Of a stretch of 64,000 bases of DNA, positions 27,880-37,892 are shown in pieces (position 1 is the first letter of the stretch; every line of letters starts with the position of its first letter). The DNA is from Euryarchaeota archaeon UBA256 (GTDB taxonomy: Archaea; Thermoplasmatota; Poseidoniia; Poseidoniales; Poseidoniaceae), in NCBI GenBank assembly GCA_002494645.1, contig DACE01000029.1:3976-67975 (forward strand), given 5' to 3'. The position numbers and the translations under genes are program-made. The notes under the pieces were generated by a model that saw nothing but the letters and a program-made list of their open reading frames with translations, made no database searches and was not told the DNA's origin.

Positions 27880-30800
27880 TCACTGGTTATTGACCCAATC
27901 GTGAAGCGATTCAATGTTCCATCCTTGGTCGAAATATCCTTGGATTTCTTCTTGAGTCCATTGTGGGAAGGCTTCCATGGCGCGTGCCATTTCCGGATCA
28001 ACATTGCCAGGAATCTGCGCTAAGACCTTTTGTTCGCCGTAGCCATCTTCCTCGTCTTCATCCTCATATTCATCATCAAACATTGATTCAGCTGCTCCAC
28101 CACCACGGCGTGCAAAGACAAAGACCAATGTTCCGAGAACTCCGATAACGACAACCAAGAGTATGACAATTAGAAGCATCGAAGAACTGTCTTCTTCTTG
28201 AGCGACCTTGACATTGAATGCATCTCCTCGAGTGGACCCGTCATAGAGTGGGTCGCTTGATCCGTTGAGGGTGATAAGGTAGTACATTCCCGTCGTTTGG
28301 GCGCCAAAGGGTTCGAGCGTTACTTCAATCCAATCGCTTGTTTCTGCAATGCCCAATTCACTTGACTGTACGGTAGTTTCAACCACTGGAGTTCCACCGT
28401 CGGTAACGGATTTAATCACCAAATCTGCGACGCCCGCCATGCTTCCGGTATTCTTGACTTTGATTCGCAAATCCATGCTCTGTCCCACTCGTGGCTCAGA
28501 ATCGATCAGGACATCCTCAATCTCGAACGTTGCCTCTTCTCGTATGAAGGTGTATTCAGACTTGTATTGCGGCTGTCCCGAGAAGATCGGAAGTACCGAG
28601 CCATCTTCTTGAGGTCCACCGCCCAAACGAACGGTAGAACCTGCGGAATCGGCTCCCGAAACCCAGAAGATGAGCTCAATTCCGTCCCAATCTCCCTCTG
28701 GTTCGTAGACACCGTCTGTGATTGGCCAAAGGTCAACGCACCCTGCAGTTGCAAGGTAACCGCCACCCATGGTGCTCAATGAAAGGGTCTCTGAACCTGG
28801 TTCTGCACCGAAGTACTTGACGTATTCATTCCACTTGATGTCGTTGATGTTGTCTTGATAAAACATCCAATTGACCTGCAAATCACCGGGGAACATGGCT
28901 TCCTGCTCCTTGATTTGAACCTGGATGTCAACGCAGTCATACACCGCTGTCGAAAGGACATTGCTGATGATTCGGTCTGGAGCACTGGCATCCAAAGCGC
29001 CTTTCTGGGCGAGCCATGTATTGGATACAACTTCAGGAGGTGTGCGGTCAACCTTGAGAGTGAACGATTGACATCCGTACGAGGTTGAGGTGGCACAGAA
29101 TGCAGAGGTGAAGTCTTCTGCTCCATCGGGTAGGTTGATCAGTTTGAATTCATATTGGTATTCATTTGTGAAGACCGGTGCTGTGATGTTGAAGTCAAAG
29201 ACACCGCCAGTGAAGGTATGTGTGATGGTCTCACCTGGCGTCGAGATGTATCCCTTATTGAAGTCCTCAGCAGCATCGCTTCGAATGATTTCCATCGTGA
29301 GTTCGACCTCAGGATTGATGTAAACGCTGTTGTAAATTCCTTCTCTAAAGGCATATTGCCCGTTGAAGCGAATGGTGTCACCTGCAAAGACGAATCCTTG
29401 ACGGACGTCTTGCGTTGTTGGCTCACTCATGTCTTCAAAGGTAGGTGTAATCATCAAATTGTTGACTTCATCCGTTCGCAAATCAAGTTGGATACCATCA
29501 TAGTATCGCCAAATTTGGATGTAACGGCCAGGAACACCAGAGAGCATGGTGTAGAGGGGATTGTCGAGATCTTGCATCTGCAAGCGTGGCTCGAGGTCCT
29601 TTCCGTCCATGCCTACGATACCCCAGTTGATACGAATAGGGATGTCGAGAATGAAATCCGATTCAAACGGATCGATGAGCGCAAAGCCATCCATGTTGAG
29701 CATGGAGGGTGAATTTGTACCATCATCCACGATTTCAATGTGAGGGCTGTTAGTCCAAGTTGTTCCGTTTCGAGGGAAATAATAGATGACCATATCGTCC
29801 GATGTTTTGTCAAGGTTGAGTTGGAAGAAATCGACGTCACGCCATCCGTTATCGTCACTGGCTTCCATGATGAGGTGGTAGGTGTTCCCTGCGTACATGG
29901 TTTGATTCCACGTGCCGCCCCATTGGTTTGCGTTGGAGTTGAGGAAGCTGTTGCCCTGAGAGTCCTCGATGAAGAAATTTCGAATCACTGGAGTCTTGGA
30001 GGTCATTGAGACGTAGGTAATACGGTCGTCGTCGAAGCCAGATGAACCTCCGTCAATGGGGTTACCTGCGAGGTCAAAGCCTTCAATCCACATCGATACT
30101 TTCCCTTCAAGGCCTTCGTTGGCTACGTCGTTGTATTCACCGGTGTAATTTGCAGTTGGCGCAGCTCCGTCACCAGCCATGGTGACAGTGATGTATTCGT
30201 CAGCATCGGGTTGTCCGTTGTCGTTTGCGTCATGGTCGTGCTCCACCCAAATGTGCAAGTCAAGACTTGCTGGTGGGCTTGGAAGGTCCTGACTCGACAT
30301 GCGAATCTTCTGGCTTTGCTGAGGAACAACCCAGGTGTCGTCCACCAAGGTTCTCCAGTTTTCTTCGACGTTTGCATCAGTACCGGGGCTCAAGACCTGT
30401 ATGTCAAGGAGATTGGGCTCGTAGGTATCGATAGAAATATCGAAAGGAATGCCGCAGGTCTCATCGGGATTGTATTCAGCAGGTGGGCAAAGCAAATCTC
30501 CGCCCTCATAGCCTCGTACTGCGAAACGGTAGGTTTCGCTTCCCGCAGCGCTTCCAAGGTCGATATTCCAATTGAAATCGCCGCCGATGACGCCAGAGCG
30601 GTTGGCTACTTCTTCCCATTCGATGGTGATGTTTCCATCCGTGGTGTTGACATGCTTGATTTCAAGCACCATGAAGTAGGACGATGGGTCGGGAGCTTGG
30701 TTCAAATCCTCAAGGCGGATTTCTCCAACGAGATTGATATCTTGCCCTGATTCTGCCCCGGTCAATGATTGGGTGATACCAATGCTGTTTTGAAGCGTGA

Positions 30801-33723
30801 ACATGGTGATACCTGCATCGTTTTCAATCGCATTGCCAACGGCGGGATCGAGCAAGACTGCATCCGGTAGTCCGTTGACGCTGTTGGTGGTCGTCAAGCC
30901 CGCATAGAGGCGCACGGCTTCAGTGTCGTCCCAAGTTGGATTGACGCGGAAATGCCATGTAACCTGCTTTCCATTGGTCACGTCACTCACCGAAGAGGTT
31001 GATTCAAGCGTGATGTAGTTGTTGACATCGCTGGCCTCGCTGAAGGACATGAAGTCAGACCATGAGAGTTTGATGTAATCGGTGGGTGTTTCAAAGGTCA
31101 GCCATGCTTCAGAAAGACTCGTTCCCGTCACGGGGTCAACGGCATGTGTGGTCACAACTTCGTAAATGTCCCCGCTTGGGTAAAGGCCCACAGGGTTGTT
31201 GGTCAACGAGATGGTGTTGGTGTATCCAGTACTAGAGGATACGTCGAGGTTTGAGAATTTGACGCTACCGCCGCTTGAGGTGTGAACGGCAATGGGGACC
31301 GTAGCGATTGCGCCACCGGTCCACAAGGCTATGCCTTGATTCAATTCAATGTCAAGCCCGTCGTTGGTATTGAGCACGGTTGAATAATTGTAAACAATGT
31401 CCAACTCAACAACCTTGAGGCTGGTTCCTGAGGATGCATTGGGCGAATCAACACCCAATCGGAACATGACCCAGTAACGCCCAAACTCATCTTGATGCGT
31501 TCCTGGAACTGAAGGGTTGGTCAACAAATTGTTCAAAGCATCCTTGAGCGGCATCGATGGACTTAGCATCTCTGGAAGAATCTGAGTGGCGTTGGGCATG
31601 TCTCCGAGGCTTTCAGATTGGGAACCCGCCATGAGCATCAAAGAGAAGCCTTCGGTTTCATCGTTGTTTGAGCGAATGCTAACTTGGTCAAAGCTCAGTT
31701 CAGCACTCGAGACTTCAGCACCGGTTGGAAGGAGGAAGAATGCTCCTTGCGCTGCTCCGTTGACACCCAAGGTCAGCGTTGAATCGTCACCGCCATAGTT
31801 GATGTTATCAATCGTGCTGGAGATGAATTGGGTTTGGCGCCCGAACATGTCAAACGCCGGTTCGGTAAATCCGTAGTCAACATCACCGTCGTTGGCAACG
31901 TCAATACGCAAATCATCTGCGTGATGTCCGAATTCAAGGTCGAACCACATGCCACCAACATCACAGGCTCCTTGATAGGATAACACTGCGCTGAATCCAA
32001 ACAAAGGTGCTGGGAAACTGGTCTTTACACCGTCATCGAGTGACACCGAACTTGTACTTCCCGTTGGATTCACCTGAATATCAGGTGATTCACTGCAGTC
32101 ATCCTGAATGTAAGGCGTGATTGAGGTGATTGGATAACTGAATTTACTGCGCTCAAGAGCCGGCGAAAACTTGTTGTTGACCAATTTTGGCGTGTACATC
32201 ATTGGCTCGCCACCACCAATCGTTTGCCATACACCGTCGTCGATGGCAGATGGGCCCATCGCTGTGAAGTTGAAGCCCGTGCCGACTCGGGTACCAATAC
32301 TGAAGCCGTGGAAAATCGGTGTTGAGAGGCGGTCTGGTCCTGAATTGAAATTAAACCGAAGATTGACTGCTCGATACATTTGAGAATCAATGTCCCACAG
32401 TTCGATGATATCACCGCTGAGGCCTTGCATGAGGTTGCCGTTCTTGTCGGTAATGATGTTACTTGACGTGTCAAGGACGTCAACGGTCAAAATCGCACTG
32501 GAGGAAGTTTCTGCTTCAAGAGCAAGAATCCCGTATCCATTCGGATGGTTTTCACCACCCATGACCGAAGGCGTCATTCCACGCACGGTCATGCTGCCAT
32601 TTTGGGGCAAAACATCGCCCAAGAGGAAGTTATCGATGTACCATCCGGACATGTTATCATCAATGTTAGGTTGCGTGCTTTCGGTATGGTGCATGACGAA
32701 GCGAAGTTGAACGTATTCGTCGATATAATCAGTGAGGTCGATAGCGAGGTTCATCCACCCGGTTGGATTTGCGGTAGTGGTCGATTGGCCTGCAAGCCCG
32801 TATTCCCAGTTTGAACCATTTTGGAGCCCACCGCAAGAAGACCGGATCTTTCCGTTTTGACTACCAGTACCACCTTGGGCGTAATTACTTCCGTATGAGA
32901 TGCCTGAACTGGCCGTTGTATCAAAATTGATGTGGTTAAAACCGCTGTTGTCGGGCGGGAAGCCGGGATTGGGAGAGGAGCGAACTTCAACATAAGCACA
33001 ATCGAGGAAACGCAGCGTGTTGGCCTGGGAGCCTGTGGTGGTCTCGAGATTGTGCCAGGAATCAAAGGTGGCTGTCTTCGATTTGAGAAGAGGGTCCACA
33101 AAGAGTTCTGCGGAGTGCAGGGACACTTTGAATCCGCTGACGCCGTTGTCGTCCGTGTAGTTATTGTCGACCAGATTTGTCCCCCAGCATTCGTTACCGG
33201 ATGCACATCCAGCGGGCGTGTCGGAGGCGCTCAAACTGCCGTGGTCCCAGCCGATGCCAGATGCAGGCATGTCGCTCGGGTCGGTCCTGTCCATGAAGTT
33301 CGCACCAGTCCCCTCAAAGTCTGTCAGGAAGCCTTCAGCCTTCAGTGACACAGGAGTTGGAGTGTTATCTGCTTCAATTTGGAACAGTGAGATATCGCTG
33401 AATTCAGTCAATTGGTTGTTGTCGGCAGGATCCCAAACGTTCTTTCCTTCTTGAGCACCGTTCTCCAAGTCAATTCGAGAATGAGCGGCATGTTCAACCA
33501 TTGATGTTGAAACGGTCATGGTCGCTCCAGTGACGGTTTCTCCGTCAGGGAGATTGATGGCTCCGTCATCGATGTTCACAAGGGAGTTCCCGTCACGAAT
33601 AACGACTTCTGCTTCTCCAGTTCCGTTGGCGAAATTCGTCACATTGGCTGCTGCAAGAGGGGCGAGTAGCATCAAAAATACGAGAAATAATGGCGTGCTT
33701 TTTCGGGGTGATTTGGTTTGCAT
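27880..33723 (-). CDS. Very large (about 1950 aa) cell-surface protein with MAM/adhesin-like and CARDB-like domains and a C-terminal TM anchor
   Basis: Signal peptide; CWGTNL..FDSWHNLE..IDLTDY..QLRF..GWYIDN beta-sandwich; IKVKNTGSMAG CARDB-like domain; TM helix LLIVILLVVVIGVLGTLVFVF; acidic tail. Confidence 0.8.
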   Translation of the reverse strand: MQTKSPRKSTPLFLVFLMLLAPLAAANVTNFANGTGEAEVVIRDGNSLVNIDDGAINLPDGETVTGATMTVSTSMVEHAAHSRIDLENGAQEGKNVWDPADNNQLTEFSDISLFQIEADNTPTPVSLKAEGFLTDFEGTGANFMDRTDPSDMPASGIGWDHGSLSASDTPAGCASGNECWGTNLVDNNYTDDNGVSGFKVSLHSAELFVDPLLKSKTATFDSWHNLETTTGSQANTLRFLDCAYVEVRSSPNPGFPPDNSGFNHINFDTTASSGISYGSNYAQGGTGSQNGKIRSSCGGLQNGSNWEYGLAGQSTTTANPTGWMNLAIDLTDYIDEYVQLRFVMHHTESTQPNIDDNMSGWYIDNFLLGDVLPQNGSMTVRGMTPSVMGGENHPNGYGILALEAETSSSAILTVDVLDTSSNIITDKNGNLMQGLSGDIIELWDIDSQMYRAVNLRFNFNSGPDRLSTPIFHGFSIGTRVGTGFNFTAMGPSAIDDGVWQTIGGGEPMMYTPKLVNNKFSPALERSKFSYPITSITPYIQDDCSESPDIQVNPTGSTSSVSLDDGVKTSFPAPLFGFSAVLSYQGACDVGGMWFDLEFGHHADDLRIDVANDGDVDYGFTEPAFDMFGRQTQFISSTIDNINYGGDDSTLTLGVNGAAQGAFFLLPTGAEVSSAELSFDQVSIRSNNDETEGFSLMLMAGSQSESLGDMPNATQILPEMLSPSMPLKDALNNLLTNPSVPGTHQDEFGRYWVMFRLGVDSPNASSGTSLKVVELDIVYNYSTVLNTNDGLDIELNQGIALWTGGAIATVPIAVHTSSGGSVKFSNLDVSSSTGYTNTISLTNNPVGLYPSGDIYEVVTTHAVDPVTGTSLSEAWLTFETPTDYIKLSWSDFMSFSEASDVNNYITLESTSSVSDVTNGKQVTWHFRVNPTWDDTEAVRLYAGLTTTNSVNGLPDAVLLDPAVGNAIENDAGITMFTLQNSIGITQSLTGAESGQDINLVGEIRLEDLNQAPDPSSYFMVLEIKHVNTTDGNITIEWEEVANRSGVIGGDFNWNIDLGSAAGSETYRFAVRGYEGGDLLCPPAEYNPDETCGIPFDISIDTYEPNLLDIQVLSPGTDANVEENWRTLVDDTWVVPQQSQKIRMSSQDLPSPPASLDLHIWVEHDHDANDNGQPDADEYITVTMAGDGAAPTANYTGEYNDVANEGLEGKVSMWIEGFDLAGNPIDGGSSGFDDDRITYVSMTSKTPVIRNFFIEDSQGNSFLNSNANQWGGTWNQTMYAGNTYHLIMEASDDNGWRDVDFFQLNLDKTSDDMVIYYFPRNGTTWTNSPHIEIVDDGTNSPSMLNMDGFALIDPFESDFILDIPIRINWGIVGMDGKDLEPRLQMQDLDNPLYTMLSGVPGRYIQIWRYYDGIQLDLRTDEVNNLMITPTFEDMSEPTTQDVRQGFVFAGDTIRFNGQYAFREGIYNSVYINPEVELTMEIIRSDAAEDFNKGYISTPGETITHTFTGGVFDFNITAPVFTNEYQYEFKLINLPDGAEDFTSAFCATSTSYGCQSFTLKVDRTPPEVVSNTWLAQKGALDASAPDRIISNVLSTAVYDCVDIQVQIKEQEAMFPGDLQVNWMFYQDNINDIKWNEYVKYFGAEPGSETLSLSTMGGGYLATAGCVDLWPITDGVYEPEGDWDGIELIFWVSGADSAGSTVRLGGGPQEDGSVLPIFSGQPQYKSEYTFIREEATFEIEDVLIDSEPRVGQSMDLRIKVKNTGSMAGVADLVIKSVTDGGTPVVETTVQSSELGIAETSDWIEVTLEPFGAQTTGMYYLITLNGSSDPLYDGSTRGDAFNVKVAQEEDSSSMLLIVILLVVVIGVLGTLVFVFARRGGGAAESMFDDEYEDEDEEDGYGEQKVLAQIPGNVDPEMARAMEAFPQWTQEEIQGYFDQGWNIESLHDWVNNQ

Positions 33724-33819
33724 GGTGTCACCTGCAAGGTAGGGAGGGCAACACCCCCTAAAATCCCGTCGCTTTGGGGTTTCGGCCAAATTGGACTTCG
33801 AACACCTTGATTTTGGACG

Positions 33820-34323
33820 ATGAATTATGAGGGAGAAGGCGGTGGAGCCACCATGGACCCCTACTCAACAGAGCCTGTGACGCTAATTGAAGAGGTCTTT
33901 CCTCAAGATACAAATGCATACAATACGCTCTTTGGCGGCCGCCTTCTCTCCTTGATGGACAAAGCGGGTGGAATAGCGTGTGCAAAGTTTGCCCACCGAG
34001 AATTTGTGACCATCTCCATCGACACGCTCACCTTCATCGCCCCTGCGCGTCAAGGAGACCTGTTGGAAGTAACGGGCCAAGTGGTCTACACCAGCAGCCA
34101 CACTGCGTGCACAAAAGTCACTGCATATACCATGAGCAAAGCCACCTGGGAAAAAAGCATCATTTGTGAAGGGTACTTTTTCTTCGTCGCCATCGATTCA
34201 ATGATGCGACCGATTCCTGTGCCTCAGTTTTCACCAAGCAATGAGGACGAGCAAGAAGAGTGGGAAAAGGCAAAGGCAATCCGTGAAAACATGCTGGCAC
34301 AGAAGGCCAAACGCAAGGAATGA
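33820..34323 (+). CDS. Acyl-CoA thioesterase (hotdog fold, YciA type)
   Basis: VFPQDTNAYNTLFGGRLLSLMD and FFFVAID. Start may be at 33853. Confidence 0.9.
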   Translation: MNYEGEGGGATMDPYSTEPVTLIEEVFPQDTNAYNTLFGGRLLSLMDKAGGIACAKFAHREFVTISIDTLTFIAPARQGDLLEVTGQVVYTSSHTACTKVTAYTMSKATWEKSIICEGYFFFVAIDSMMRPIPVPQFSPSNEDEQEEWEKAKAIRENMLAQKAKRKE

Positions 34324-34353
34324 ATCACCCTATCCTTCATGAAGCCCTGACCA

Positions 34354-35388
34354 TTGGGTGGGGTTATGGTCGTACTCAACATCGCCATCATCGGCTCCGA
34401 TGACCTCGCTAAAAGCATCGCAAAAGCCGCCGATCAACGTGACGTGCACACCTACGTACACAAGGAAGCGGGAGAGGGCGGCCCGCGCATTCTTTCGCTC
34501 ATTCGTCCGGCAAAATATCCTGAGCGTTTGCCCCCATTTCTCAATGCCTTGTCAACAGCACGCGTCGGCATTGTTGAGGTGACTGCCATCGATGCCACGC
34601 TGGGCGAGGTCTTGGTGGCCTTTGCCAGTGCGGGTATCGAGAGCGGGCTTGCAGTACTCAACCCGCCACAGGGTGGATGGATTGACGAAGACCAAGCGGC
34701 CATGTTGTTCAAGCAAGCGGGTTTGAAGGATTGGACCTTTGAAAGCAATGATGGCGTCCACCTTCGCGAGTGCCTGTACACATTGATGGACGAAAAGAAA
34801 CCGGAACTTCTCGCCAATACGCAAGCTCCTCTCGTTCTACCTGTTGACCAACACTTCAATGTCAAAGGCATCGGACTGGTTGCTATTGGTTATGTGCAAG
34901 CAGGGAGCGTCAACGTACACGATGAATTGTTATTGCTCCCAGCACGGGGGCCTGGTACGGCAAAATCACTGCAAGTCATGGATGATGACGTGCCCGTCGC
35001 CTCGGCAGGTGACCGTGTGGGCTTGGCCCTGCGAAATGCCAAGGAAGACCATTTGACTGGAAGCACCATCATCGTCCACCCTGCGGTAGAAGACAAGCAA
35101 ACTGGAATCACCCCCCCTCTTGCGATTGAACAGCACAACACATCACTGATTCATTTGAAAACCTCACCTTTCCAAAAACGAGTTTTGGCGAAGGGAGACG
35201 TCGTCCATGCGAGCGTGGACTTGCAATTCGTTGTTGGCAGAGTCGACAACGCTGAAGGCGAACACCTCACCGTGAAATGGGAAAGTCCGCTGTTCATCCG
35301 CACCACGGACCCTCCCTCAATTCTTTTAGCGCAACTTGATTCAAGGCCTCGAATCATGGGTTCAGCACGAGCAGAACGTCAAGATTAA
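34354..35388 (+). CDS. SelB-like translation-factor homologue with degenerate G domain
   Basis: VDQHFNVKGIGLVAIG, KSLQVMD and GDRVGLAL (EF-Tu domain II). No intact P-loop. Confidence 0.8.
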   Translation: MGGVMVVLNIAIIGSDDLAKSIAKAADQRDVHTYVHKEAGEGGPRILSLIRPAKYPERLPPFLNALSTARVGIVEVTAIDATLGEVLVAFASAGIESGLAVLNPPQGGWIDEDQAAMLFKQAGLKDWTFESNDGVHLRECLYTLMDEKKPELLANTQAPLVLPVDQHFNVKGIGLVAIGYVQAGSVNVHDELLLLPARGPGTAKSLQVMDDDVPVASAGDRVGLALRNAKEDHLTGSTIIVHPAVEDKQTGITPPLAIEQHNTSLIHLKTSPFQKRVLAKGDVVHASVDLQFVVGRVDNAEGEHLTVKWESPLFIRTTDPPSILLAQLDSRPRIMGSARAERQD

Positions 35389-35488
35389 ATTCGGCCTCGG
35401 CGAAATTCCAACTCGGAAATTTCACGGCTCTTGAGGTGGATGTTTTGCGGTGGTTTCTTAACCTCGCACCAATGGACCAAGGAACGGG

Positions 35489-36949
35489 ATGCACGAAATT
35501 GGGCAGCGTTCTGTACCAACGAGTGAGACGGACACGGAAGTGTTCTCGTCGCTTCGGTTGGCAGAATCATCGGAACGGGTGAACATTCATCTGGATGAGC
35601 GCATGCTGAGCATCCAAGGTCGTCGGACCACGGCGATCAATGTCAGAATGGGGGCGATCGATACCGTTCAGCACCATTCAACTCACCTCGTCCCTGCATG
35701 GTTGGTTGTTTTGGGAGCCGCATTTATGTGGATCGGATACCGATTATTGGTCCCACCCCTGTACCGCCTTGCCTTCATCGGCCTGGGAGCATTGCTCATC
35801 TTGGCTCGAGTTTTCACCAAGCAGCCGACCTTCACCGTTCACGCTTCATCGGGAGATTCTCACGTTCTTTTCGGAAATGAAGCAACCTTGCATCGCCTCG
35901 GATTCATGGTTAACAAAGTGCTAAAGGGAAAATCCATTGAGGAGGCCCGAACCAATTACGAAGCCATTCTTGCAGTCAGTTTTCGTGACTGGAATGATTC
36001 CGAAATACTCCCCGCTCCGGATTTACCAGTTATCATCCACCAACCTGTTTCTATCGACCGTTTACTCCACCCAACCGAGAATGAACCCGTCATGGCTGCA
36101 CAGACAGATGACCAAATGGACTGGTTACCAACCGACGATGCAACTCCTCCCGCCCCTTCACTTTTACCCAGTTTCTTGAACACCTACTACGGCCAGCAAA
36201 GTCAGGCGGAGAGCAGTTCCTACGGTCCCGACCACCGCCCAGGGCCCCTCGCACACCCCATTCTTGTCCCTGTCCCAGTAGCACCCCCCATGCATCAAGA
36301 GGTGGGGAGGGCAACGGGTGAAGCGCCCCAACCTTTGCCCTCATTTTGGGGACGCTCAGAAGTTCATATTCCATCCCAGCATCAATCAATCGAATCGGAA
36401 CTGGATGACGATGAAGAATTGCTGGACGCCGAACTTGTCGATGACATCGCCGAGCCTGAAGTGGAGTCCGATCCGCAAGCCAGCCAGCCTGAGACACATC
36501 AAGTTCTGAAAAACCGAGAGCCCCGCAGGATTGAGGATACTCCGTTTAGGCCACGACGGGTCACTGGATTCTCTTCTCGCCAGCCTCAAAGCCGAGGCTT
36601 TTTTACCCGTTTAAGAGACGTATCGGTCAGTTTGATGAGGAATTCCATTGCACCCGCTAGCCCTTCGCCCTATGCTACGACTGAAACATCAGGAGCACTT
36701 CGCGAGAGCACCGAGAATAACACACCTCCCAATGAAGAGATTTTAGACCGCTTATCGATTGAAAAAGGTGGGTTGCTCGAACAAGCGGAGGCCGACCGAA
36801 TCGCCGCACGAGCACGCGCCATACTGGCTACTGCAGAGGACCTCACGAGTGAGACTCAGGAAAACTTTGACGACCTTTCCTTTGGAGATTTAACCCCCAC
36901 GATATCTGAAGACGAGAAGGTCAATGTTCGCCGCTTGGATGATGATTGA
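35489..36949 (+). CDS. Hypothetical membrane protein (TM hairpin, long Pro/acidic disordered tail)
   Basis: 486-aa ORF with two TM helices near residues 70-110 and a low-complexity C-terminus. Confidence 0.65.
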   Translation: MHEIGQRSVPTSETDTEVFSSLRLAESSERVNIHLDERMLSIQGRRTTAINVRMGAIDTVQHHSTHLVPAWLVVLGAAFMWIGYRLLVPPLYRLAFIGLGALLILARVFTKQPTFTVHASSGDSHVLFGNEATLHRLGFMVNKVLKGKSIEEARTNYEAILAVSFRDWNDSEILPAPDLPVIIHQPVSIDRLLHPTENEPVMAAQTDDQMDWLPTDDATPPAPSLLPSFLNTYYGQQSQAESSSYGPDHRPGPLAHPILVPVPVAPPMHQEVGRATGEAPQPLPSFWGRSEVHIPSQHQSIESELDDDEELLDAELVDDIAEPEVESDPQASQPETHQVLKNREPRRIEDTPFRPRRVTGFSSRQPQSRGFFTRLRDVSVSLMRNSIAPASPSPYATTETSGALRESTENNTPPNEEILDRLSIEKGGLLEQAEADRIAARARAILATAEDLTSETQENFDDLSFGDLTPTISEDEKVNVRRLDDD

Positions 36950-36950
36950 T

Positions 36951-37874
36951 TCAAAGGCCAAGCATCTTTCGATAGCTCAAGTAGCGGTCGTCAAAATCTT
37001 GAATCGTTAATTCTCGCAAGGCGTCGGTTCCAAAGGCTTCGAGTGTAAAACTCGCCATAACGGTCGCCATCATAAGACCGTCACGTAATTCTGCAGTTTC
37101 CAATGCCTGCGTCCGTTGGGAAAGGTGTGAGGCAAGAGCGCCTGCAAAGGTATCACCGCATCCAGTCGGGTCAACGAGATGAGCAGTCGGATAGGCGGGA
37201 AGCGCCAACAAATCGCCCTCGTGAAGCGCAAGCACACCGTGTTCGCCGCGTTTGATGATGAGCGTGGCTGTTTTCGTCTGCTCGGCCAAATCCTGCATGG
37301 CCCTCACCAGATTATCTTCTTGAGAAAGCATTCGTGCTTCCCCGTCATTGATGATGACGATATCCGAAGCCGTCATTACTTCAAGCAGTTCATCACGAGC
37401 AATGTCGATCCAGAGATTCATTGAGTCAAGCATGGTAAGTCGAAGAGGTGAGGTTTGCTCAATCACGTTTCGTTGGATTGCAGGGTGAAGGTTCGCACAA
37501 AAAAGAATGGCTGGTTCTTTGGCGTGTTCGGGTACTCTCGGTTCAAAATGCTCAAACACATTGAGATGAGTTGCTCGTGTTTCAGCCTCAGCCATTGCAC
37601 CGTGATAAGCCCCTTCCCATCGGAACGTTTCCCCATCAGCCACTTCAAGCCCGCTGAGTTCAAGCCCTGAATGTGCTAAGATTTCACGGTCGCTTTCGGC
37701 GAAATCAGAGCCAACGACGCCCACGAGGTGAGCATTGGAGCCATTGTGGAGACGCTGAACGAATTGGCACGATAAGCCGCTGTAGGTAGCAGAACCCCCC
37801 AAAGCATTGGTCACAGAGCCTGCTGGGGATTCAACTGAGTCGTATGCGATACTTCCAACGATAAGAACACTCAT
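36951..37874 (-). CDS. PfkB-family sugar/nucleoside kinase
   Basis: VGSIAYD, LGGSATY and DPTGCGDTFAG signature. Confidence 0.92.
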   Translation of the reverse strand: MSVLIVGSIAYDSVESPAGSVTNALGGSATYSGLSCQFVQRLHNGSNAHLVGVVGSDFAESDREILAHSGLELSGLEVADGETFRWEGAYHGAMAEAETRATHLNVFEHFEPRVPEHAKEPAILFCANLHPAIQRNVIEQTSPLRLTMLDSMNLWIDIARDELLEVMTASDIVIINDGEARMLSQEDNLVRAMQDLAEQTKTATLIIKRGEHGVLALHEGDLLALPAYPTAHLVDPTGCGDTFAGALASHLSQRTQALETAELRDGLMMATVMASFTLEAFGTDALRELTIQDFDDRYLSYRKMLGL

Positions 37875-37892
37875 AGTAAACCACGTCCAATG

